From a virus, in IMG/VR virus record IMGVR_UViG_3300008416_000001: DNA of 64,000 nucleotides. One strand, written 5' to 3'. Shown here one piece after another: positions 1-6,583 of the stretch (within the stretch, counting starts at the first letter, position 1; every line of letters starts with the position of its first letter). The notes below the pieces were generated by a model, which saw nothing but the letters and a program-made list of their open reading frames with translations, searched no databases and was not told the DNA's origin. A program made the translations under genes and the position numbers.

Positions 1-221
1 CAGGAGATACCCAGGTAGAGGCCGAGAAGGGCAAAGCCTCAGACGCCTTTAAACGTGCAGCCGTTCAATGGGGCGTTGGTAAGTATCTCTACAGCTTTCC
101 GAACGTCTGGGTTGAAATTGATGAATGGAAGAAAATCGTTAAACCGCCGAACGTCCCAACTTGGGCGACTCCTGAAGGGTATTGGAAAATCATCAACGAC
201 AGAAAGGAGTCTAAATCATGA
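1..221 (+). CDS. 3' part of Rad52/Rad22-like single-strand annealing protein (full copy at 36068..36547)
   Basis: Encodes ...GDTQVEAEKGKASDAFKRAAVQWGVGKYLY..., identical to the C-terminal part of 36068..36547. Confidence 0.85.
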   Translation, partial: GDTQVEAEKGKASDAFKRAAVQWGVGKYLYSFPNVWVEIDEWKKIVKPPNVPTWATPEGYWKIINDRKESKS

Positions 222-649
222 TTCCTGTCGTTGCCAACCAAACCCAAGACTCCACTGGCGCTACAGGATGTTTGCCTCAAAACGAGTATGACATCCATTG
301 CCATGCTATTCCTGGCCCCGAGTACAAATTGAATTATCTCGCCTCTTCTTGCAATATCCGTATTGAAGACAAGACATGCACAGAGTACGAGTGCAAGCGA
401 TATGCCGGCGAGAGGAAAGTCAGCAAGTCTAAGATAACGCCACGCAAAAGACCAAAAGGTAAGGTTAAGCGGACATGTGTCGGCTGTGGCGAGTTAAGCT
501 TTATCAAGGGGCGTGGTCTGTGTGGTAAGTGCTACAAAAGAAACGAGTACCGCGGCACCTTGGATAATTACAAGACAGCCCAGGAGATTCACGAATTGCG
601 GTATCAAGAAGACTCACACGATCACCGACGAGAAAGGCCGTACCGCTGA
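218..649 (+). CDS. Hypothetical Cys-rich protein with C-terminal zinc-ribbon motif
   Basis: 143 aa; CVGC...GRGLCGKC; ATGA overlap with the upstream annealase. Confidence 0.7.
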   Translation: MIPVVANQTQDSTGATGCLPQNEYDIHCHAIPGPEYKLNYLASSCNIRIEDKTCTEYECKRYAGERKVSKSKITPRKRPKGKVKRTCVGCGELSFIKGRGLCGKCYKRNEYRGTLDNYKTAQEIHELRYQEDSHDHRRERPYR

Positions 650-700
650 AATCTCAGACGGGTTGCATTCAGAGCTTTTTTAACAACTACGGAGGAAATT

Positions 701-880
701 ATGAAAGACTGGATCTACATTTTGTTTGGCGTCGCTATGATGGTTGGCTCTTTCGGTGGATGGATAACCCATATCTTCGCATGCTTATCAACTGAGGCAT
801 GGGGGTTTCTGATCGCTGGTGCCTTGTTTTTCCCAATCGGCATTATTCATGGAATTGGCATCTGGTTCGGGGCTTGGTGA
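701..880 (+). CDS. Small two-TM membrane protein (59 aa; not in ORF track)
   Basis: GGAGG RBS at 691-695; MKDWIYILFGVAMMVGSFGGWITHIFACLSTEAWGFLIAGALFFPIGIIHGIGIWFGAW. Confidence 0.75.
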   Translation: MKDWIYILFGVAMMVGSFGGWITHIFACLSTEAWGFLIAGALFFPIGIIHGIGIWFGAW

Positions 881-888
881 TTATTTAT

Positions 889-917
889 TTGACATCACCA
901 CGCATCACTGATAGGCT
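889..917 (+). promoter_or_regulatory. sigma70-type promoter TTGACA-17-TAGGCT
   Basis: Perfect -35 at 889-894, 17-bp spacer, -10 TAGGCT at 912-917, in an intergenic gap. Confidence 0.65.
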
Positions 918-984
918 GTAAGCGTTCTCTTGGCGGGAACAAGTTTTTAACTTGTAGGTTATGCGGAACTAAAATTTAACGAAG

Positions 985-1038
985 AAGCCCCGCACTAAGT
1001 AGCCTCGTAAGTCCCGCCAAGGATTTGCGGGGCTTTTT
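985..1038 (+). terminator. Large-loop intrinsic terminator/attenuator in a 5' leader
   Basis: AAGCCCCGCA (985-994) pairs with TGCGGGGCTT (1026-1035), whose end runs into a T-tract; the loop carries a 10-nt complement to 929-938. Confidence 0.6.
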
Positions 1039-1053
1039 CCATTGGAGGTTGGC

Positions 1054-1251
1054 ATGATTAAGAATCACGAAAAGGATTACAAAGAGAACGCATGGAATGA
1101 ATACACGATGCAAGAGCTTGGTCAGTGGGTTCATTTGCTCTCAACGAGGGCTCAACACAGAGCGAACGGCGATAAAAGAGTAAAAGACCTATATGACGCT
1201 CAGAACTATCTGGACATGATGCAGCAAAGGTTGACCGAGTTGAAGACATGA
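1054..1251 (+). CDS. Hypothetical protein (65 aa)
   Basis: GGAGG at 1044-1048 points to ATG 1054 (MIKNHEKDY...), shorter than the track ORF. Confidence 0.7.
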   Translation: MIKNHEKDYKENAWNEYTMQELGQWVHLLSTRAQHRANGDKRVKDLYDAQNYLDMMQQRLTELKT

Positions 1252-1373
1252 AGGACTTGGTTGCTTGTTCGGGCGAGTGTGGTAGAAGACGACAACTCCC
1301 CAAGGGTTGGATTTGCGACGAGTGCAAAAAGAAAAAGGATCGTAATGCTCATACTTGTTTCTGGGGCGACTAA
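1248..1373 (+). CDS. Small zinc-finger-like protein (41 aa; not in ORF track)
   Basis: ATGA overlap with the upstream stop; MKDLVACSGECGRRRQLPKGWICDECKKKKDRNAHTCFWGD. Confidence 0.55.
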   Translation: MKDLVACSGECGRRRQLPKGWICDECKKKKDRNAHTCFWGD

Positions 1374-1941
1374 AACTATGGACAAAATGTCTGGTCATCC
1401 GAATCTCGGACAGTTGATAACACCTCATGACGGGAACAAGATCAGGGGTGACATGCCATGGGCTGCTGATAATGCCGCTTTCTCTAATTGGGACAGAATA
1501 AAATGGTTGTCCATGCTTCGCAGGATTTCCGGTTCTGACCCCCTTTTTGTTGTTGCTCCTGACGTTGTTGGTGACGCAATGAGTACACTCAAGCGGCTAA
1601 AGGTTACATCGCCAATGATAAGAAAACGCGGTCTAAAAGTAGCGTGCGCTCTTCAGAATGGACAAGAATGGATAGGAGTAAGACGACACTTGATTGACGC
1701 TATATTTATTGGTGGTGACACTGAGTTTAAATTAGGCCCATACGTTAGGCATTGTGTGTGTTCAGCAAAAGAGCGTGGGGAATGGGTGCATATGGGCAGA
1801 GTTAACTCATTCAAGAGACTTCAATATGCCAGAGAAATTGGGTGTGATTCTGTTGATGGTAGTGGATACAGTATGTTCCCAGACCAGAAACTTATTCCAG
1901 CGTTGAGATATTTAGAAACAGAACAATTGAAACTATTCTAA
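1345..1941 (+). CDS. Minimal TGT-fold (DpdA-like / queuine tRNA-ribosyltransferase-like) protein, 198 aa
   Basis: Ordered motifs WAADNAAF, APDVVGD, LQNG, IFIGG, VHMGRV, GCDSVDGS parallel the TGT catalytic motifs; start chosen at MLILVSG. Confidence 0.65.
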   Translation: MLILVSGATKTMDKMSGHPNLGQLITPHDGNKIRGDMPWAADNAAFSNWDRIKWLSMLRRISGSDPLFVVAPDVVGDAMSTLKRLKVTSPMIRKRGLKVACALQNGQEWIGVRRHLIDAIFIGGDTEFKLGPYVRHCVCSAKERGEWVHMGRVNSFKRLQYAREIGCDSVDGSGYSMFPDQKLIPALRYLETEQLKLF

Positions 1942-1947
1942 ACAAAA

Positions 1948-1997
1948 GTTGGAGTTCACTCGCCAGATTCTCCAACGCCGAAAGGTGGATAGCTGGC
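1948..1997 (+). ncRNA. Candidate pseudoknot RNA with an inserted GNRA hairpin
   Basis: GTTGGAG/CTCCAAC stem; CGCC-GAAA-GGTG hairpin; loop GCCAG (1962-1966) complementary to CTGGC (1993-1997); intergenic. Confidence 0.35.
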
Positions 1998-2126
1998 ATG
2001 AAAAAACAAGTGGGCAACGCTTGAGACTTTGCGACCCACAACTTGGCGACGAAATCGAATGTGTTAAATAGTGGGTTGATATGCGGAGAACAAGGGGCTT
2101 CGTGTCTCTAAAACAAGGAGAGTGAA

Positions 2127-2330
2127 ATGGAAGGATATAGAAAAGAGATAGAGATTACTTCAACAGGGATGGTTATCGCTAGAGTTATAGGCCCTGATGG
2201 ACTTAAAAAGGGATATAAGTTTTTCGATCAATTTATAAGCACGCCAGCTAATGTTGAAAGAAGTTGCAAGAAGGCGCATGCTTGGAGTGACGAATATATG
2301 AAAATATGTGAGCGGCAAGAATGTCTCTAA
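2127..2330 (+). CDS. Hypothetical protein
   Basis: 67-aa ORF with AAGGAG RBS. Confidence 0.7.
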   Translation: MEGYRKEIEITSTGMVIARVIGPDGLKKGYKFFDQFISTPANVERSCKKAHAWSDEYMKICERQECL

Positions 2331-2412
2331 AATATCTTCAGGACTCACCAAAGGGCTAGAGGTTAAGACTAAACACATAGGCCGAGACACACAGACAGAA
2401 AAGGAGACAGAT

Positions 2413-2667
2413 ATGTTTATTAAATTTGTACATTATCCAAACACAAGCAAAGGCACCATGGTAGAGCGAGTTATTGAGTGCCGTGAGTTTCACCAGGGCT
2501 ATTCCGAGAAAGGACGTGAGGCGACCTTTATGATCGACAGCCCAACAAGAAACTACGAGGTTGTCGTGCAGTGTGTAGAAACCTCAGTTTACATTATGAG
2601 CAACGAAGGCAAAACAATCGATAGCTACAAATGGCGTGGCGTTGATGGTATAATTACGCGCATGTAA
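2413..2667 (+). CDS. Hypothetical protein
   Basis: AAGGAG RBS before MFIKFVHY; start trimmed from the track ORF. Confidence 0.65.
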   Translation: MFIKFVHYPNTSKGTMVERVIECREFHQGYSEKGREATFMIDSPTRNYEVVVQCVETSVYIMSNEGKTIDSYKWRGVDGIITRM

Positions 2668-2741
2668 CTGAATTGTCTCGGCCTATTTTAAGTTACACAC
2701 GGTACGTTGCTATCCCCAATGCTCACATAAGGAGAAAGAGG

Positions 2742-3008
2742 ATGAAGAAAGTTTCAAGTATGGCAGAATTCAGCGGTGACGGAACAAAGCAAACAATAAA
2801 ACAAGCACTTGAATCTGCGCTTGAAGAGGTAGGCGAAAGAGGAGCCTTTGAACATGGAAAGAAGATACTCATACTAGCTCTTGAAGAGGGCGACAATAAA
2901 GATCTTTACAAAATCTCTTTTGTCCAAGCTGGGATGAAAATGAGCGAATGCTTAACTCTTTGTGAGGTTGCAAAGACTTTATTTCTTGACGAAATGGGTT
3001 ATATCTAA
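2742..3008 (+). CDS. Hypothetical protein
   Basis: AAGGAG/GAGG upstream of MKKVSS. Confidence 0.65.
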   Translation: MKKVSSMAEFSGDGTKQTIKQALESALEEVGERGAFEHGKKILILALEEGDNKDLYKISFVQAGMKMSECLTLCEVAKTLFLDEMGYI

Positions 3009-3023
3009 ACCGCGAGGAAAGCC

Positions 3024-3233
3024 ATGAGCCTAAAATACATAAGTGAATCATACGGAGTCCCAGCCAAGAAAGGCCAGAGAATAATCTACACTGGTCTAAA
3101 CTATCCAAGGCCGGGGGAGATAGTTGGATCTCACAACGCCTCGATAAAGGTTGTCTTTGACGATGAGCCGGAAAGAACTTACATCCATCATCCTACCTGG
3201 AACGTGGAATATGTTGAAAGTGAGGAGACATGA
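3024..3233 (+). CDS. Hypothetical phage protein
   Basis: 69 aa, GAGG RBS, operon packing. Confidence 0.7.
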   Translation: MSLKYISESYGVPAKKGQRIIYTGLNYPRPGEIVGSHNASIKVVFDDEPERTYIHHPTWNVEYVESEET

Positions 3234-3592
3234 GAGTAATTAAGTTCAGAGGGTGGGACCATGGTACTAATGCGTGGCATAATTTCAATGCAAATGACTT
3301 TAGTTTTAACCCTACACCGCCACTTGATGCATTATTCTTAACATCGCTTGACGGCCAGTGTAATCTCGAACAATTTACTGGCCTCTTAGATAAGAACGAT
3401 GTGGAGATTTACGAGGGCGATATATTGTTTTGTTCTGTAGAGAAAATGATCGGAACTGTGAAGTTCACATCTGGCTGTTTCACAACAGACTGTAGTGGCT
3501 GGGGTGATGAATGCCTCAATGGCATTGATACAGATCACATTGAGATTGTCGGCAACATCCACGAGAATCCAGAATTATTGGAGGCCACATGA
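3230..3592 (+). CDS. yopX: YopX-family protein
   Basis: IKFRGWD...QFTGLLDKNDVEIYEGDIL...EIVGNIHENPELL signature. Confidence 0.9.
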   Translation: MRVIKFRGWDHGTNAWHNFNANDFSFNPTPPLDALFLTSLDGQCNLEQFTGLLDKNDVEIYEGDILFCSVEKMIGTVKFTSGCFTTDCSGWGDECLNGIDTDHIEIVGNIHENPELLEAT

Positions 3593-3765
3593 AGAAATCA
3601 TACACTTCAATCATGAAGGACATAAAGCAGACAGACCAGATGGTAATGCTTGCCGGTTCTGACGATGTAAAGCAGACATGGGTAGATCGCAGAGAGAGTC
3701 TTGATAGTTGTTTGTCTTGCCCGGTGCTTGGCCGTGAGTGTCCACCAGGATGCAAAAGTCTATGA
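3589..3765 (+). CDS. Small Cys-containing hypothetical protein (58 aa; not in ORF track)
   Basis: ATGA overlaps at both ends (YopX stop, NinB start); C-terminal CLSCPVLGRECPPGC. Confidence 0.6.
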   Translation: MKKSYTSIMKDIKQTDQMVMLAGSDDVKQTWVDRRESLDSCLSCPVLGRECPPGCKSL

Positions 3766-4160
3766 AACACACCATCACCACACCAGAGGCATTAAGACGC
3801 GCTGTGTGCCAAATCTCAGCCTCTCAACTACCAATCACAGTTGAGACCAGGCCATACAAGGACACGCGCAGCAATGAACAGAACCGGCGCATGTGGGCTA
3901 TGCTTCGTGACGTGTCCCAACAGGTTAACTGGTACGGAAAAAAGCTGACGTCTGATAACTGGAAAGATGTATTCACGGCCTCTTTAAAAAAACAAGAAGT
4001 CGTGCCAGGAATTGACGGAGGCTTTGTTATCCTTGGCCAGTCAACTAGCAAAATGACGATAGCTGCTATGTGTGAATTGACTGATTTGATGTTCGCCTTC
4101 GGTGCTGAACATGATGTTTTGTTTTCAGATCCTTCTGACGTGATGCACAGTGAGAGATAA
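3762..4160 (+). CDS. ninB: NinB/Orf-family recombination mediator
   Basis: RSNEQNRRMWAMLRDVSQQV.WYG.KL...WKDVFTA.L...VVPGIDGGFV.LG.STSKM. Confidence 0.92.
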   Translation: MKHTITTPEALRRAVCQISASQLPITVETRPYKDTRSNEQNRRMWAMLRDVSQQVNWYGKKLTSDNWKDVFTASLKKQEVVPGIDGGFVILGQSTSKMTIAAMCELTDLMFAFGAEHDVLFSDPSDVMHSER

Positions 4161-4185
4161 AACTACCTAAAATGACATTATCAGC

Positions 4186-4213
4186 TTGACACCGCCGCCT
4201 AATGTGGCATGAT
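4186..4213 (+). promoter_or_regulatory. Possible internal promoter TTGACA-16-(TG)CATGAT
   Basis: Perfect -35 in the gap after ninB; weaker extended -10. Confidence 0.4.
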
Positions 4214-4240
4214 AGGGGAAACTTTAACAGGGAGGAAGTT

Positions 4241-4600
4241 ATGAAAAAGTATGTGACGTTTGTTAAGAGCGAGGTTGAATCACAGAAAGTTCAGGAGGCG
4301 CTATTCGGGGCTGGATTCGAATGGGGTGCAGTCCGTGGTTGTAACATTGTAGCTAACTGTGAGTTTCCATTCATTTCGCTTAACTGGTGTGACATTTCTG
4401 GCAACATTACCTGTTCCTCTGATTATGCATATCATTTCAACAGCGACGAAGACAATGTATTCTATATAAACGCAGAAGACGTCATAGCTAATCCCTTCCA
4501 ACTCGACGGAGCCAAGAAACCAGAAAAGATGATTGCGGTTTATGGTAAAGAGTATTCCGAAAGCACAATTAAGGCGGCACTTCAGGAATATGTAAAATGA
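4241..4600 (+). CDS. Hypothetical protein
   Basis: GGAGG RBS before MKKYVTF. Confidence 0.7.
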   Translation: MKKYVTFVKSEVESQKVQEALFGAGFEWGAVRGCNIVANCEFPFISLNWCDISGNITCSSDYAYHFNSDEDNVFYINAEDVIANPFQLDGAKKPEKMIAVYGKEYSESTIKAALQEYVK

Positions 4601-4788
4601 ACGCCTTCACAAAAGAACTCCGAGACAAAGGCTGGACGCTAAAAGCCTTTGCTGAATTTCTCGGCCAACCATTGCGGAACATCTCACGCATAGCCAAGAA
4701 CCCAAAGCCTATACACTGGCTGGCAATCCGCGAAGGTTTACCAGTAAAGCACCGCACATCTAACCGGGGTGGATGGGGGGAGGTATGA
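4597..4788 (+). CDS. Small HTH (Cro/XRE-like) DNA-binding protein
   Basis: LRDKGWTLKAFAEFLGQPLRNISRIAK pattern. Confidence 0.6.
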   Translation: MNAFTKELRDKGWTLKAFAEFLGQPLRNISRIAKNPKPIHWLAIREGLPVKHRTSNRGGWGEV

Positions 4789-5012
4789 GCGAATGGATTA
4801 GCGTTGAGGAAGATTCACCGAGGCCGATGCACTTCGTTGATGTTTATTTAAAATCGACAAAGAACTCAACGTATGGTGTAAGAATGACAGATGTCTTGTA
4901 TACAGGGGAGAAATTTAATCACAGAGATGCCTTCGACTTGTTTTTGTGGCATACTGGATGCCCCTACCCTCACCACCAAAGGAGTGATTATGTCTCACAA
5001 GGCGATGATTAA
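4785..5012 (+). CDS. DUF551-like protein
   Basis: MSEWISVEEDSP N-terminus; GGAGG RBS. Confidence 0.55.
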   Translation: MSEWISVEEDSPRPMHFVDVYLKSTKNSTYGVRMTDVLYTGEKFNHRDAFDLFLWHTGCPYPHHQRSDYVSQGDD

Positions 5013-5196
5013 ATCCTATCTGTTGGAAGGTCACAGAATCGAACCCATGGAGGCACTCAGCCAGTTCGGATGTTTCAGGCTCGGCGCTCGTATCCATGAG
5101 CTTAAATCGGAGATGAGCATTGAGAGTCACTTTGTCACGGTGATTAATCGGAACGGTGAAGAGTGCAGGGTTAAGCAATACTGGATGGTGTCATGA
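4990..5196 (+). CDS. Winged helix-turn-helix protein (HTH_39-like)
   Basis: IKSYLLEGHRIEPMEALSQFGCFRLGARIHELK; AAGGAG RBS. Confidence 0.7.
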   Translation: MSHKAMIKSYLLEGHRIEPMEALSQFGCFRLGARIHELKSEMSIESHFVTVINRNGEECRVKQYWMVS

Positions 5197-5549
5197 AGGT
5201 TTATCCTGTCACTCCTGTTGCTAAGCCAAGGCAAACAAGGTCTGACAAGTGGAAACAACGTCCACCAGTTCTTAAATATAGGGCTTTCGCTGACGAGGTT
5301 AGGCTGAGAGGCGTTAAACTCAATGAGGCATACTCACGCATCACCTTTGTTCTGCCGATGCCGCAGAGCTGGTCTGAGAAGAAAAAAAAGCTAATGGACG
5401 GGCAGCCGCATCAACAAGTGCCGGATCTTGATAATTTGATTAAGGCTCTCTGCGATGCAGTTCATAAACAGGACTGTCGTATATGGGATTATCATGCCTC
5501 TAAGATATGGGGGCGTAATGGTGAGATAAGGATAGGTGTACTGTTATGA
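5193..5549 (+). CDS. rusA: RusA-family Holliday junction resolvase
   Basis: PVAKPRQT...KY..F...PDLDNLIKALCDAV...D..I motifs. Confidence 0.88.
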   Translation: MKVYPVTPVAKPRQTRSDKWKQRPPVLKYRAFADEVRLRGVKLNEAYSRITFVLPMPQSWSEKKKKLMDGQPHQQVPDLDNLIKALCDAVHKQDCRIWDYHASKIWGRNGEIRIGVLL

Positions 5550-5671
5550 TTCAAATCTGGAAAAGACAAACTGGTTGTGACATGCAAACGCAGACCGAAT
5601 GCTACATAAAAATATGCGGGTGGAAAGTGCTTGTGTGGTCCGTGTATCTAAACCACTTCCCAGATGAAAAC

Positions 5672-5710
5672 AAAAAAGGCCGCTCTTGACGGAGGATATC
5701 AGGAGCGGCC
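5672..5710 (-). terminator. Intrinsic terminator at the convergence of the late (-) and early (+) arms
   Basis: GGCCGCTCTTGA (5678-5689)/TCAGGAGCGGCC (5699-5710) stem with A6 at 5672-5677 (U-tract on the minus strand). Confidence 0.7.
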
Positions 5711-5718
5711 AATAACAA

Positions 5719-6237
5719 CTATTTCTTTGCTGCGGTTATCGAATCAATTCCTTTGCCAACCTGACGTAAACCAGCATATGCCCAAGGCAGAGTAAATAGC
5801 GCGCCCAGAACCCACACATCAATTGTCTCAGCAATGAATACATAAGCAAAGGCAGCAACCAAACTGCACCAGCTTTGCGCCGGTCGTGTTCGCCTTACAA
5901 ATTTATCCTCTGCGTTATCTCCACTCTGGATAGTTTTCTGTGTCTGTTCATGTGACTTTTGAGCATCTACAAGCTCTAACTCTTTCATCGACCGGATGTG
6001 TTCGCGTATGCTGTCTTCTTCTTTAAACGATAGCTCTTTGAGCTTCAGCAACGTATCAGGGTTGTTCTGTAGGCTCTCCAAGGCTCTGACTGGATCGTCG
6101 GTACCTGTCGCGCTAGAAACAAGTGAGACACCGGCTGCTATTGCACCGGGAACATTTCCTGTTAACAGTGAACCAACCAGGGCAGCGCCTGAGCCTGCGT
6201 TGTCTTTTATCCAGTCGCCAACTTCATTCCATTTCAC
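5719..6237 (-). CDS. Holin-like protein, 3TM (GTA holin) family
   Basis: G.A.LVGSLL.G..G.AI N-terminus, coiled middle, RRTRP followed by hydrophobic segments. Confidence 0.7.
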   Translation of the reverse strand: MKWNEVGDWIKDNAGSGAALVGSLLTGNVPGAIAAGVSLVSSATGTDDPVRALESLQNNPDTLLKLKELSFKEEDSIREHIRSMKELELVDAQKSHEQTQKTIQSGDNAEDKFVRRTRPAQSWCSLVAAFAYVFIAETIDVWVLGALFTLPWAYAGLRQVGKGIDSITAAKK

Positions 6238-6250
6238 AATGACCTCCCTA

Positions 6251-6583
6251 TCATGCTATCTGTCCTATACCTTCAAAACGAGTCCCGTCAGGATTGCCGT
6301 TAATGTCAAACTTTGTGACCTCGATCAACGGTTTTGTTGGAAACTCTTCTGGTCTGTCAGATCGATGAACGATGGTGAACACAGGGCTATTATTGTCAGG
6401 GATTACATGCACCCTGTCGCTAGGAACGCGAAAAGAAAAATAAGTCTTCCCATTTACGACATTATCAAGATTAATCGTGACGATATCAGTAACATCGTTA
6501 TTCCCTGTTTCAAGACCAAGCGAATGAAGCCGATTAATAGCGCCAGTTCTGTTAGTTGTTTCAACCTGAATGTCTACACTCAT
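6251..6583 (-). CDS. Hypothetical late protein
   Basis: ORF in the late operon; start at MSVDIQ overlapping the upstream stop. Confidence 0.6.
   Translation of the reverse strand: MSVDIQVETTNRTGAINRLHSLGLETGNNDVTDIVTINLDNVVNGKTYFSFRVPSDRVHVIPDNNSPVFTIVHRSDRPEEFPTKPLIEVTKFDINGNPDGTRFEGIGQIA

Noticed and set aside
1261-1344. N-terminal extensions given by the ORF track (e.g. 1261, 2308, 2673, 26362, 32220 starts)
   Set aside because: Downstream ATGs have clear Shine-Dalgarno sites or translational coupling, and the extensions overlap other ORFs, promoters or leader hairpins
1948-1997. HDV-like/theta ribozyme fold
   Set aside because: There is no room for the P3/L3 element between the pseudoknot strand and the 3' strand of P1
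2063-2080. GTTAAATAG...GTTGAT resembles conserved pistol-ribozyme segments
   Set aside because: I could not build the required P1-loop pseudoknot or the P2/P3 pairings around it; kept only as part of an unclassified structured region
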